Shown here piece after piece: positions 24,510 to 37,214 of a DNA stretch of 64,000 bases (position 1 is the first letter of the stretch; each line of letters begins with the position of its first letter). Where the stretch lies: contig NC_043020.1 in NCBI RefSeq assembly GCF_006345805.1, positions 22,940,001 to 23,004,000 on the forward strand, read 5' to 3'. A program made the position numbers and the translations under genes. This stretch comes from Octopus sinensis. Lineage: Eukaryota. Under the pieces are notes generated by a model. That model ran no database searches and was not told the origin of the DNA. It saw only the letters and a program-made list of their open reading frames with translations.

Positions 24510-25200
24510 AGTGTCATCATCATCATTGTTTAACGTCCGCTTTCCTTGTTAGCATGGGTTGGACGATTTGACTGAGGTCTGGTCAACCAGATGGCTGCAC
24601 CAGGCTCCAATCTGATCTGGCAGAGTTTCTACATCTTGATGCCCTTCCTAATGCCAACCACTCCGAGAGTGTAGTGGGTGCTTTTATGTGCCACCAGCAC
24701 GAGGGCCAGTCAGGAAGTACTGGCAACGGCCACGCTCAAATGGTGCTTTTTATGTGCCACCTGCACAGGAACCAGTCCAGCGACACTGGCAACGACCTCA
24801 CTCAAATGTTTTTTCATGTGCCACCGGCACAAGTGCCAGTAAGGCGATGCTGGTAATGATCACACTTGAATGGTGCTTTTTATGTGTCACCTGCACAGGA
24901 GCCAGTCCAGCGGCACTGTCAACGACCTCGCTCGAATGGATGCATTTTACGTGCCACTGGCATGGGTGTATTTATATGGCACCAGCCTGAGTATATTTTA
25001 CACGACACCAACACAAGTGCATCTAACATGGTACCAGCACCAGTGCATCGAATGCGACACAGATACAAGTGCATCTTACGTGGCCCTGGCACAAGTGCAT
25101 TTTACACGGCACTGACATGAGTGCATTGTATGTGACACCTGCATAAGTGCACTTTGCATGGCACCAGCCTGAGTGCATTTTACGTGGAACTGGCACTGCA
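24510..25200 (-). mobile_element. Family A copy with expanded internal sub-repeats
   Basis: Repeated gtgccacc.gcac units. Confidence 0.7.
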
Positions 25201-25331
25201 GGACAAAGACCTCTCAGCTAGGAAACGGAGTGGGAGGCATGGTCGTAAAGGATATACCTGTATCTATTTATTCCTTTATTCTTTTATACATTTCAGTCCT
25301 GAGGTTCAATATCTGCCTTTCTCTATTGTAG

Positions 25332-25447
25332 GTACGTCTGCTGAAGGATATTTTGGATGCGTGGAAGAAGGAGGTGGAGAAGAAACCCCCTAGCATGTCC
25401 ATAGAGGAAGCTTACCAAGTTTTAAACCTGAATAAAGTCCCTGCCGG
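25332..25447 (+). CDS. DNAJC13: DNAJC13 exon ([33 protein letters not shown]; J-domain start)
   Basis: tgtag| ... |gtcagt. Confidence 0.95.
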
Positions 25448-25484
25448 GTCAGTATTTGCAGTGACTCTTCACCTACACAGCCTT

Positions 25485-26200
25485 TGCTTCTGTCTCTCTC
25501 TCTCTCTCAGCCTTTGTCTCTCACTTTCTCTGTAGCTTTCTTTCTTTCTTTCTCTCTCTCTCTCTCTCACATCTTCCTTTCCTTTTTGCATACATTTATA
25601 TTTCATTTCTCTCTCTTTCTCACACACATATACACACATATTCTCTCTCCTCTCACCTTCTCTGTCACTCTTTTCTTCCTTCCCCCTTCTCTCTCTCTCT
25701 CCCTGTCTCACACTTTCTCACTTTTCCTCTCTCTCTCTCTCACTCCCTCTCTTGTCTCACATTTTCTCTATCACTTTTTTCTTCTCTCCTTCACACTTGT
25801 TTTCCCTCTCCCCCTCCCTGCACATATACACACTTTCTGTCTTAATCTCTTTCTCTCTATATATATATCGCTTTTTCCTCTCTTCGTTAAACTTTGCCCT
25901 CATCTCTCTCTCTCACACATACTCTCCTTTCTCTCTCTTCTCCCCCTCTCTCTCACTCATACACGAATTCTTTCACTCATTTTCTTCTTTCTTTCATTCG
26001 CTCCCTCATTCCCTCCATTTTATTCTATCCAGTCCAGCCATTCTATCATTCTCTCCATTTAATTCTTCAATTCTGTCATTCAACCACTCTCTCATTCCTT
26101 CCCTCTGTTTTACTCTGTCCAATCTAGTCATTCCATCATTCTCTCCATTTAATTCTTCCATTCTGTTATTCATTCTCTCATTCCTTCCCTCCATTTCTCT
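25485..26200. repeat. CT-rich low-complexity intron with local duplication
   Basis: Direct reading. Confidence 0.85.
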
Positions 26201-26202
26201 AG

Positions 26203-26281
26203 ACACGAAGAAGCTAAAGTACGAAAGGCCTACTTTCGACTGGCCCAGAAATACCATCCTGATAAGAACCCCGATGGCAGG
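26203..26281 (+). CDS. DNAJC13: DNAJC13 exon with J-domain HPD motif ([26 protein letters not shown])
   Basis: tctag| ... |gtaagc; canonical HPDKNP. Confidence 0.97.
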
Positions 26282-27059
26282 GTAAGCCACCTTTTGTTGT
26301 TTAAACCCTAACCCCAACCTTCATCTGGTAGACCTAGGGTCAAAGACAGTCTAACCATGTCTAACCATCCTGTCTTTTTTTTTTATGTACATGATGGCTC
26401 AGTGGTTAGAGTGTCGGGCTTACAATCATGAGGTAGTCAGTTCGAATCCTGGACCGGGCTGCGTGTTGTGTTCTTGAGCAAGACCCTTTATTTCACGTTG
26501 CACCAGTTCACTCAGCTGTAGAAATGAGTTGCAACGTCACAGATGCCAAGCTGTATCTGCCATTGCCTTTCCCTTTGATAACCTTGAGCAACCTTCCCTG
26601 GACTTGTGCCTCCGAGGGGATCTTTTGCAATCCTATGGTTATTCATGACTGAAGCACATTTTTGCTCTTTACAGTCTATCTTGGACTACATTAACCAATG
26701 TGTCCATCTGTCTTTTTTATATTTAACAAGGTCCCCAGTTCATTGCCAAGTGTCCTCTTTAAAATTTTCATTTTTCAAGGTTGCGCCCCAGTCTGGTCGC
26801 AGTCTCATGGCTGAAACAAGCCAATGATTAAAGGTAATATCAAGCTATATGTGATTTGACTTACTTTTCAGTCACATTTCCTGTAGCTTTACGTCCTGAT
26901 AGCAAATCCCATCCCACAGAGGTTGATTTTGCCCTTCATCCTTGAAATAAAGTACCAGTTGAGCTCTGGGGTTGATGTAATTGATTAAACCCCCTCCCCT
27001 CAAAATTGATGGCCTTTTGTCAAAATCTGAAACCATTATTGTTGTTTTTGTTTTTGTAG

Positions 27060-27195
27060 GAAATGTTTGAAAAGGTCAACAAGGCTTATGAGTTTCTCTG
27101 TAGTAAAAAAAAGAAAGCTGTCCAAGGCCCTGATCCGGAGAACATCGTCCTTATTCTCAAAGCTCAATCTATTCTGTTTAACAGACACAAGAGTG
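27060..27195 (+). CDS. DNAJC13: DNAJC13 exon ([14 protein letters not shown]...[23 protein letters not shown])
   Basis: tgtag| ... |gtaagt. Confidence 0.96.
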
Positions 27196-27695
27196 GTAAG
27201 TAACAACCGTTGATCACTTTTGCCCTCCTACATCGTTTCCACACTGATTTCTTGGTTATTTGTTTTATTTGGTGTTTTTGTGTATGGTGTGTGTGTTTGT
27301 GTTTGGGGAGGAGGGTTTGTCTGAAAGAAAGGGCAGTGCTTATACTCTTTTACTCTTTTACTTGTTTCAGTCATTTGACTGCGGCCATGCTGGAACACCG
27401 CCTTTAATCGAGCAAATTGACCCCGGGACTTATTCTTTGTAAGCCCAGTACTTATTCTATCGGTCTCTTTTTGCTGAACTGCTAAGTGACGGGGACGTAA
27501 ACACACCAGCATCGGTTGTCAAGCAATACTAGGGGGACAAACACAGACAAACATATACACACACATACATATAGATATATATATATAATATATATATATA
27601 TATAATATTAATTAGAGGCAAAATGACTATTTTGCAAAACAAACAATGAAAGACTTAATCAATACATAAAATTTTAATAAAAAGTAAAAAAACCG

Positions 27696-27738
27696 CCACT
27701 ACAATTGTTTCATGTCTTGAACGACAATCTTCAGGTGG
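27696..27738 (-). ncRNA. Intact minimal hammerhead ribozyme motif at the PLE 3' end
   Basis: ccac CTGAAGA t tgtc gttcaa gaca t GAAA caattg TA gtgg; palindromic stem III ACAATTGT. Confidence 0.82.
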
Positions 27739-30546
27739 ATTTCCGATCTAAAATATCAATATTTTAAAATAAAAGTATAAAAAATAATTTTAAAATAATT
27801 AAAGTATCAATGAAAAAATATAAATATATAATCTATATATAATCCATATATAATCAATATATAAACTAAAATAAACCTATCAACAATTAAATATAAAACA
27901 AAATAAAAATAAACTATATATACACACATACACATATAACTAAGTATATATATAACCAAATCTAAATACATACACTAACTCACACACCTATATATATCCC
28001 TATACATACACATAAAAACGTCTAGGCAACGATAAATAAATAAAATAGCCAAATACTTCAACACAATACTTATTCATACTCCCTCACACACACATACAAC
28101 CCACATTCATAAACAATATACGTATACCCGCTCACACATACATATACAAACATACAGAACTCGATATATACACCAATATATTCACACCCACATCTATACA
28201 GATAAATAAATTACGCAAACAATCACACACACACACACACACACACACATTCACATACATAAACACTCAAAAGAAAAATAAACAATTCTTTGCACGTGGT
28301 GATCGAACGTTTTTTTTTTTTAAATTGTGAATGGAATAATATATAATCAACTTAAATATACAGAATTTACTACAAATCATTAATAAACCATCATGATAAA
28401 TGAAACCCATATATACATATAATGATAAAACTCCCTTTACCATACACAATTATACCTATATAGCAATCTCCATATATACATTCACACACAAAAATACATA
28501 CGTAAAACACACACACACAACATATACGTATACCCCCTCACATATACATATACATACGTACTAAACTCGATATATACAATATGTTTACACCCACACTCAT
28601 ACAGATAAATAAATTACACAACTAAAATACGCACACACACACACACACATTCACACATACATAAACACTCAAGAAAAACAACATTACTACACATAATACG
28701 ATATATAAAATACTTCATAAGTAACCAGAATATCATAAGTAACAAGATTAACATAAGGAGAAAAAAATATACATACTTTCAAATCAGTTTCAATTTATGA
28801 AGTGAAATTAAACTCTAGCCGTTAAAAACGTCAAACAAAATTACGTTACCATAGGAACCTAACATATGTATAAAAAGTATTCCCGCTCTGGAAACGAACG
28901 TCGTTTAAAATTATGAATGGAATAAATGGAATTAAAAATTATATTCGCGTGGTAAACGAACATTACTTAAAAATTATGAATGGAATAATGTAATAAAATA
29001 ACAAACATCATAAATAGACATAAATTACTACAAATTCTTTAATAAAACTACCATGATAAACTAAAACTCATAAATACATATAATGATAAAACCTCCCTTT
29101 ACTAAACACTATAACATACCTATATAGCAATCCCCCTAACCTATACATTCACACATAAATACACACACGTAAACCACACACCCACGACATATACAAATGC
29201 CCACCTCACTCACACATACCTATACATACGTAAAACCTCGATATATACGCCAAAATTCACTCCCACACCCATACAGATAAATAAACATATACATCCTTAA
29301 AAATGGGTGCAATCTCACGCACATCAATCATGCATGTATACAAGTGCATACACAGGCACACACTTTTACATAGCACCATGCACTCCCACATCTACACATG
29401 CACTTATACACACGCACACATACACACATACCCATGCAACATACATATTCACGGACACTCTCCTAGACATCCAAATATACGTATAAATGGCTACAAGACA
29501 ATACCCAATAAACAAACTACCATGAGCAACAAACCAAGCTATAATGCATGGGGACTAAAATACTAAAAAATTCTAAATAAAATAATCATGATAAATGAAA
29601 TCCATACATACAAATATAAAGATAAAACCCCTTACCAAAACACAATACACACAAATACACACACATATATACACACACCCACAAACATAACCATATACAC
29701 ACTCTCACAAACATATACATACGTACAAACCTCGATATATACACCAATATATTCATTCACACATTCAATAAATTATTAAATAAATACATATACAAACATA
29801 AACATATATATATAAAAAATATATATATATATATATACATTCACACATAACATCACATACACATATATATAAGAAACAGTCTTTCAAAAAAGTAAATAAA
29901 TATTAATATATTTATATTTATATATGAGTGTGTACACGCAGACGGGTGCAAACACACACACATTCAAAACATTCATGTATACAAGTGCATAAATAATCCC
30001 ACTCAATTACATAGCACTCATACACTCCCGCATCTACACTTGCACTTGTACACACGCACACATGCATACACACCCATACCTACATATTTACGGACAATCT
30101 CCCAAATATCTATATAAACGTGTATTATAACAGACAATACCCAAATAAAAACTGCCAATTCAACATACCAAATAGAATACAAAGGGATCGTAAACATTCA
30201 CACATACATACAAAACTCAATATATACACCACTAAATACACCCAATCATCCATAAGAATATATCCTCAAATATACATATAACATATACATAATAAAAATA
30301 CATAATAAAATAAAATAAATAAATAAGTAAAGAAAATAAAATAAATCTAATATAAATTATTAAAGTTTTAACGTACCATAAAATGTTATATAATAATATA
30401 CATTAAAAATGAACTAATTAAAACAAAGAAATATCAATTAAAGACTAACAATAATTAAAGCCTAGACTACATAACTAAATATATATAATACTCTAAACTA
30501 AATTTAATATTAAACTAAAGTAACCTTTAATAGGGAACTATTATTG

Positions 30547-30990
30547 TTATTTATCATGAAACTTATTATATAGGTAAAGTAACATATGTCTACATTTTAT
30601 TTTGCGCTCTTCACCTGTATTAAGTAAATTATCATACTTATAAAATAAAATTTCTTTAAACTCATTAGAGCATAAATAACAACAATTAGCTCCTATAGTA
30701 TATGATTTAGTTTTACAAATTATTTCCCAAATTAAACTATAATTAATATTTTGTGATTTAAGTCTCCAAATGTACTTACTAAGTCCAGTTGAGTTGATTA
30801 AGTTTTTATTTTTAAAAGAATTCATATGTTGTGCGTTTCTTAATTTTATTTTTGAGGAAGTAGACCCTATATAAACCGCTTTTGGGTAATTATTATTCTT
30901 AAAGTTATTATCATGTAATGTAACTATACATTTATACACTACATCGTTAATATCACAATTATTATTTATTATTATTTGTGGTTTTGTCTC
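30547..30990 (-). pseudogene. PLE GIY-YIG endonuclease domain (5'-truncated)
   Basis: C....VVYKC..VYIGST....R...H..SF......ST.LSKYIW.LK.....W.II.....Y..G...CYLC..E...IL......LLN...E...KCRH. Confidence 0.88.
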
Positions 30991-31082
30991 TAATTAATAT
31001 TATATAATATTTTACTATAAAATTGGATTTAATCCTAAATCTGATTTTTTTCCCTGTAAATTTGGATTTATTCCCTAATATT

Positions 31083-31151
<69 letters not shown>

Positions 31152-31873
31152 TATACGACAGGCTTTTTTCAGTTTCCATCTACCAAATCCACTCACAAGG
31201 CTTTGGTCGGCCCAGGGCTATAGCAGAAGACACTTGCCCAAGATGCCATGCAGTGGGAATGAACCCGGAATCATGTAGTTGGTTAGCAAGCTACTTACCA
31301 CACCGCCACTTCGGCGCCTTATTTTTCTTATTCACTTTGCCATTGTTCTACCATGAGTCTACCACGACAAATTTCTTTCTTATCCATTCAAAGACTTTCA
31401 CAGAAATATAGAACTGGTTCCATTTGTATTATTTTTTTTTTATTTGGTGTTTTTGTGTATGGTGTGTGTGGGGGAGGAGGGTTTGTCTGAAAGAAAGGTC
31501 AGTGTTTATCATAGCCTTTTTGCTGAATCTCTGGGATCAAAGTGAGGAGAGACAGGGAAGAAAAGGAACAGTGACTTGTAAGTTTTTGGTAAATCTCGAG
31601 TCAGCCCTGATTGACCCAAAACCATGACCAAAGTCAGTCCAACCATGACCATACAGTTTTTTTCCAGTGTGTCTGGAACCTAGAGTGACATTATCCAAAA
31701 TGCATGTTTTAAGAAATTTAACCATATAAATTCATGTGATATCCCCTAATGATAAAAAGAAAAAAAAAAAAAACTTTTTAAATTATCCAATCTTATTATT
31801 AGTATTCAGTATTTGATGCATAAATATGCAAGCCAACTTTATCAAACTCTGTGATATGCATTTCTGTTTGCAG

Positions 31874-32058
31874 TGCTAGAACCATATAAATATGCTGGTT
31901 ATCCGATGCTAATAAAAACCATTAAGATGGAAACCCAGGACGAGACCTTGTTCTCCAAATCCGCACCACTTTTGGCTGCCGCCAGTGAAACGGCTTATTA
32001 CACAGTCAACTGCTCAGCTTTGAATGCGGAGGAACTTCGACGGGAAAACGGTATAGAG
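31874..32058 (+). CDS. DNAJC13: DNAJC13 exon ([16 protein letters not shown]...[16 protein letters not shown])
   Basis: tgcag| ... |gtgagc. Confidence 0.96.
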
Positions 32059-32334
32059 GTGAGCGGAGAGAGTTTTTATTTTGTCACGTTCAGTATTGTT
32101 GTTGATGTTGTTACTCAAGAAACAGGAAGAAAGAGAGAGAGTGAGAGAAAGTTGGGGGCGAAAGAATACAACAGGGTTTGCCGCCATCTCACCCCCTCTG
32201 CTGGAGCCTCGTGGAGCTTTTAGGTGTTTTCGCTCTATAAACACACTCAACGCCCGGTCTGGGAATCAAAACCGGGATCCTCCGACCGCGAGTCTGCTGC
32301 CCTAACCGCTGGGCCATTGCCCTCTCCACTTGAG

Positions 32335-33050
32335 CCCTTTTTAAAGCCTAGCTAGGCTCATGGGCCCGGTTTCCGGGTTTCAATGGCATATGTGATCCCC
32401 AGCTGGATGGGACGCCAGTCCATCATTGCAGCGTTACTCATTTTTGCCAGCTGAGTGGACTGGAGCAATGTGAAATGAAGTGCTTTACTCAAGAACACAA
32501 CGCATCACCCAGTCCAGGAATCGAAACCACAATCTTACGATCATGATGCTGATACCCTAACCACTAAGCTATTCACCTCCACTTCCACCCTTTTAAAGCC
32601 TAGCCAGGCTCATGGGCCTGGTTTCCTGGTTTCAGTGGCGTATGTGTTCCCCAGCTGGACAGGACGCCAGTCCATCGCTGCGTTACTCATTTTTGCCAGC
32701 TGAGTGGACTGGAGCAACGTGAAATGAAGTGTTTTGCTCAAGAACACAACACGTCGCCCGGTCCAGGAATCGAAACCACAATCTCACGATCATGATGGTG
32801 ACACTCTAACCACTAAGCCATGCACCTCCACTAGCCAAACTCATGGGCCCGGTTTCTATGGCATATGTGTTCCCCAGCTGGACGGGATGCTGGTCCATCG
32901 CAGCGTTACTCAATTTTGGCAGAGGAGTGGACTGAAGCAACATAAAATGAAGTGTTTTGCTCAAGAACACAACGCGTCGCCCGGTCCAGGAATCGAAACC
33001 ACAATCTCACGATGCTGTCACGCTAACCACTAAGCCATGTGCCTCCACAA
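32335..33050 (-). mobile_element. Three tandem family D-related SINE copies
   Basis: Unit of about 250 bp (ctcatgggcc..gctcaagaacacaac..taaccactaagc) repeated three times. Confidence 0.75.
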
Positions 33051-33184
33051 ATCAGTAACTATACTGAGAAGTAATGTTAATGCTGATGATGATGATGATG
33101 ATTGCATGGAAATTATTAAAGTTCGTTATAAAAACACAATCTTTGTTATTTGAAATATTTAACAAAACTTCATTAAAACTTGTA

Positions 33185-33750
33185 ATCATCATTGTTTAGC
33201 GTCCGCTTTCCATGGGTTGGACGGTTCAACTGGGGTCTGGGAAGCCAGAAGGCTGCACCAGGCCCAGTCTGATCTGGCAATATTTCTGCGGCTGGATGCC
33301 CTTCCTAATGCGAACCACTCCAAGAGTGTAGTGGGTGCCTTTTACGTGCCACCGGCACAGGTACTAGACGGGGCTGGCGAACGGCCACAGTTGGATGGTG
33401 CCTTTTACGTGCCACCGGCACGGGGGCCAGGCGAGGCTGGCAACGGCCACGATCGGATGGTGCTTTTTGCGTGCCACCGGCATGGGGGGCCAGGCGAGGC
33501 TGGCAACGGCCACGATCGGATGGTGCTTTTTACATGCCACTGGCACGGGGGCCAGGTGAGGCTGGCAACGGCCACGATCGGATGGTGCTTTTTGCTGCCA
33601 CCGGCACAGAGGCCCGTCGGGGCGGCGCTGGCAACGGCCACGTTCGGATGGTTTGCTCACATTCCACTGGCACTGGTATCACAGCTGCAATTTCCATTGA
33701 TGTTGATCGATTTTGATTTTGATTTTGATTTCCACTTGCTTCAACGGGTC
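33185..33750 (-). mobile_element. Family A copy with about 60-bp internal tandem array
   Basis: About five units of gtgccaccggcacgggggccaggcgaggctggcaacggccacgatcggatggtgcttttt. Confidence 0.8.
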
Positions 33751-33773
33751 TTTTTTTTTTTTCTATCTTGCAG

Positions 33774-33848
33774 GCATTACAAGATGCTTTCACTCGCTGC
33801 GTTGACGTGTTGAGCCTCTCCACCACACCTGATGATGTTGCAGCTCAG
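33774..33848 (+). CDS. DNAJC13: DNAJC13 exon (ALQDAFTRCVDVLSLSTTPDDVAAQ)
   Basis: tgcag| ... |gtatgt. Confidence 0.94.
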
Positions 33849-34099
33849 GTATGTACTGTTGTTGTTGTTGTTATTTAGGCCCAGGTCATCCCTTGGGCAA
33901 AGGTGATCCCGTTATGACCTCACCATCTTTTGTTCAGGGAAACCTTTTACATACAATATATGATGTTGTGTATAAAAGGGAATTTTCCGTAAGATGCTGG
34001 AGAAAGAGAGGGGAACATCTTGTTGAAGAAGATTAATTAATTAAATTAATGACTCAAAAACAAGGTTTTGATGTTTATGAAGGAATGTGTAGCATGGTT

Positions 34100-34808
34100 G
34101 TTTTCATTCTTTTTCTTTTCTTCTTTCACTTTGTTTTTTACTTTTTTCTTTCTTTTTTCATTTCTCTTTTCTTTTTCTTTTCCCTTTTCTTTCTTTTCCT
34201 TTTCTTTTCTTTTTCTCTTTTCTTTTCTTTCTCTTCTTTTTCTTTTCTTTCTTTTCCTTTTCTTTTTCTTTTCTTCTTTTCTTTTTCTTTTTCTTTTTCT
34301 TTTTTTCCTTTTCTTTTTCTTTTCTTCTTTTTCTTTTCTTTCTTTTTCTTTCTTTTCCCTTTTCTCTCTCTCTTCCTTTTTCTTTTCTTTTTCTTTTTCT
34401 TTTTCTTTCTTTTCCTTTTCTTTTCTTTTTCTTTTCTTTCTCTTCTTTTTCTTTTCTTTCTTTTCTTTTTCTTTTTCTTTCTTTTTCTTTCCTTTTTCTT
34501 TTTCTCTTCCTTTTTCTTTCTTTTCCCTTCTTATTTTCTCTTTTCTTTTCATTTTTCTTTCCTTTCCCTTTTCTTTCTTTTCACTTTTCTTTCTCTTCTT
34601 TTTCTTTCTTTTCCTTTTCTTTTTCCTTTTTCTTTCCTTTTTCTTTCTTTTCCCTTTTCTTTCTTTTTCTTTCTTTTCCCTTTTCTTTCTTTTTCCTTTT
34701 CCTTCTCTTCCTTTTCCTTCTCTTCCTTTTTCTTTTTCCTTTTTCCTTTTTCTTTTTCTCTTCCTTTTTCTTTCTATTCCTTCCCCCCCTCTCCCCACCT
34801 CTCTCTTA
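34100..34808. repeat. About 700-bp polypyrimidine (TTTTC)n tract
   Basis: Almost free of purines. Confidence 0.95.
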
Positions 34809-35184
34809 CCAACCTAGTCTATGAGTCTGTGATTCTTTCTTGGTGGATACCAAAGAACTAGTCTTGACGATGTTGCCCCAATGCTGCATTAGTCACGACC
34901 AACGATGTGTCTACCCTGCACCCTGCGCCTGAATGGAACACCCACATAAGTGTGACATGGAGTTCAACCCTGCCAAGGGTTGTACTGAGTACCCTAAACC
35001 AGGACCTCATAGCAGGGCCATTTCTGTTCTACATGAGCAGAAATGAGTGCACCACTTTCGACCTGTTACAAATAGAGAACACGATGATGATTCTAATAGT
35101 TTATATTCTGAAATATCTTCAAAACAAACAAACCACTAATTAACCATGTTAATTTTTTTCTCCCTCCTGCTTTTCTTTAACCAG

Positions 35185-35301
35185 GTTTGCATGCATGTTA
35201 CCCAGTGTTACTCGGTGGCTTCGCAGTTTGAAGGATGTCGTGAGAAGATACAAGAAATGGCATCTATTATCCGGGATCTTACAAAGATACTTTTCTACAA
35301 G
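35185..35301 (+). CDS. DNAJC13: DNAJC13 exon ([39 protein letters not shown])
   Basis: accag| ... |gtaaga. Confidence 0.95.
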
Positions 35302-35774
35302 GTAAGACATTCTTTAATAATAATCTGTTCCCTTATTGTTCCTTCTTGCTGGTTTCAGTCGGTAGAAGGGTGACCATGATGTTGCACCACCTTCAAGGGT
35401 TTTTGGTCAGTTTCATCAGCCCCCTCCTCCATCTCTTTATCTGGGTCTTTTATATTGGTCCAGCGCCGCCTTGACTGGCTTCCGTGCCGGTGGCATGTAA
35501 AATGCACCAATCCGATCGTGACCGTTGCCAGCCTCGCCTGGCACCTGTGCCGGTGGCACGTAAAAAGCAGCCACTACACTCACAGAGTGGTTGGCGCTAG
35601 GAAGGGCATCCAGCTGTAGAAACACTGCCAGATCAGACTAGAGCCTGGTGCAGCCTTCTGGCTTCCCAGATCACCGGTCGAACCGTCCAACCCATGCTAG
35701 CATGGAGAACGGACGTTAAACGATGCGATGGATGGATGGACACAGTCAACTTTGGTAGAATTCACTGTTTCTGC

Positions 35775-35955
35775 TGATACGAACAGCAGGAAAGAGTCAA
35801 ATACCAGGAATTGGCTTGAGAAATACAAAGACTACAGAGGATCTCTGCAGAAATAATTCCGGTTGTTACAAATGCTGTCGGTACTTTTACCAACGGACTT
35901 GGTAGTTTCCCTTTTGAGGTTGGTGTAACTATGAAAGTTGCAATGATACAGGAAT
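35775..35955 (+). mobile_element. Decayed R4/Dong-type endonuclease fragment
   Basis: EQQERVKYQELA*EIQRLQRISAEIIPVVTNAVGT...IQE. Confidence 0.6.
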
Positions 35956-35992
35956 CTTAGGAATAAGAACCCAGGTTCGAAATTTCTCCAAG

Positions 35993-36036
35993 ACACCTGA
36001 TGAAGGCTGGAGGGTATATCAGCCGAAATGTTGTGT
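35993..36036 (+). ncRNA. Minimal hammerhead motif in a PLE pseudo-LTR
   Basis: acac CTGATGA a ggctg gagggtatat cagcc GAAA tg TT gtgt; stem III probably decayed from AACGTT. Confidence 0.7.
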
Positions 36037-36096
36037 TAGCAACAAACAAGATGAGGACAAATATCCGTCGAACGTAAAATAAGGTAAATAATAAAC

Positions 36097-36280
36097 CTCC
36101 AGCCTGTTGCTAATTTGGGACCCTAGTCTGTGCATGAGTATAGCTTCTTTAATTCTTAGATTACCCAAATTTCTTTCATTGGCCTCAATTGTGACTGTTA
36201 TGCTTTTGTCGGTGTTCCGGCATCTGTCTAGATGTTTTTTGAAGGAGGAGGCTCTCGTGTTCAGATGTTGTTTGATGTGA
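36097..36280 (-). mobile_element. PLE GIY-YIG C-terminal fragment next to an inverted pseudo-LTR
   Basis: HIKQHLNTRASSFKKHLDRC...ERNLGNLRIKEAILMHRLGSQISNRLE. Confidence 0.75.
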
Positions 36281-36395
36281 CTCCATCAATTCCTCGGGAT
36301 ATCTGAAATATCATATCAAACTATGGATGATTAAATTACAACAGTTATTATAGTCCTTTGTTTGTATTATTGTGCATTGTTGTGTCAGTCTAAAC

Positions 36396-37106
36396 CAGTG
36401 CTTTTCAACTTTTTTGCTGGAGCGGAACCCCAAGGAAACATTCCATTGGCTCGAGGAACCCCTGTGCAATAATTTAATAGTCTTATGCACACATATCTGC
36501 ACAGGAGAATTAAAAATTACTGCCGATTTTAGCAGTTTTGTAACTTCTTGCAGAACCCTTGGACTGTACTGGCGGAACCCTGGTTGGAAACCACTGTATT
36601 AATGTGTGTGTCTGTATGTCTTTGCATTGATTTAGATATAACAGTGCTTTTCAAACTTTTTGCTGGAGCGGAACCCCAAGGAAACATTCCACTGGCTCGA
36701 GGAACCCCTGTGCAATAATTTAATAGTCTTATGCACACATATCTGCACAGGAGAATTAAAAATTACTGCCGATTTTAGCAGTTTTGTAACTTCTTGCAGA
36801 ACCCTTGGACTGTACTGGCGGAACCCTGGTTGGAAACCACTGTATTAATGTGTGTGTCTGTATGTCTTTGCATTGATTTAGATATAACAGTGCTTTTCAA
36901 ACTTTTTGCTGGAGCGGAACCCCAAGGAAACATTCCACTGGCTCGAGGAACCCCTGTGCAATAATTTAATAGTCTTATGCACACATATCTGCACAGGAGA
37001 ATTAAAAATTACTGTCGATTTTAGCAGTTTTGTAACTTCCTGCGGAACCCTTGGACTGTACTGGCAGAACCCTAAGGTTCCGTGGAACCCTGGTTGAAAA
37101 CCACTG
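36396..37106 (+). mobile_element. Composite hAT-type MITE: three tandem units inside one TSD
   Basis: CAGTG...CACTG termini; units start at 36396, 36642 and 36888 (246-bp period); TSD gtctaaac at 36388-36395 and 37107-37114. Confidence 0.88.
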
Positions 37107-37214
37107 GTCTAAACATTTTATTCTTTACAAACAATATACAATGCTTCAAGCAAATTACAATAGTCTCCTAATTTCTTAAATCAATTGACTTATCTCTCTC
37201 TCTTTCTCTCTCAG

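Larger units (their letters stand above)
27596..31090 (-). mobile_element. 5'-truncated Penelope-like element (Naiad-type GIY-YIG) with long 3' UTR, hammerhead and inverted terminal piece
   Basis: GIY-YIG ORF 30547-30990; hammerhead 27696-27738; tail ttttg(c/t)ctctaattaatattata in inverted orientation at both ends; inserted in (TA)n inside a SINE. Confidence 0.82.

Noticed and set aside
30547-30990. Selenoprotein recoding in the PLE endonuclease
   Set aside because: No in-frame TGA in the surviving fragment, and no SECIS identified by eye.
33340-33660. Regular 60-bp repeats resembling a CRISPR array (also 58880-59150 and 1645-1750)
   Set aside because: Units are contiguous with no unique spacers, there are no cas genes, and they lie inside eukaryotic interspersed repeats.
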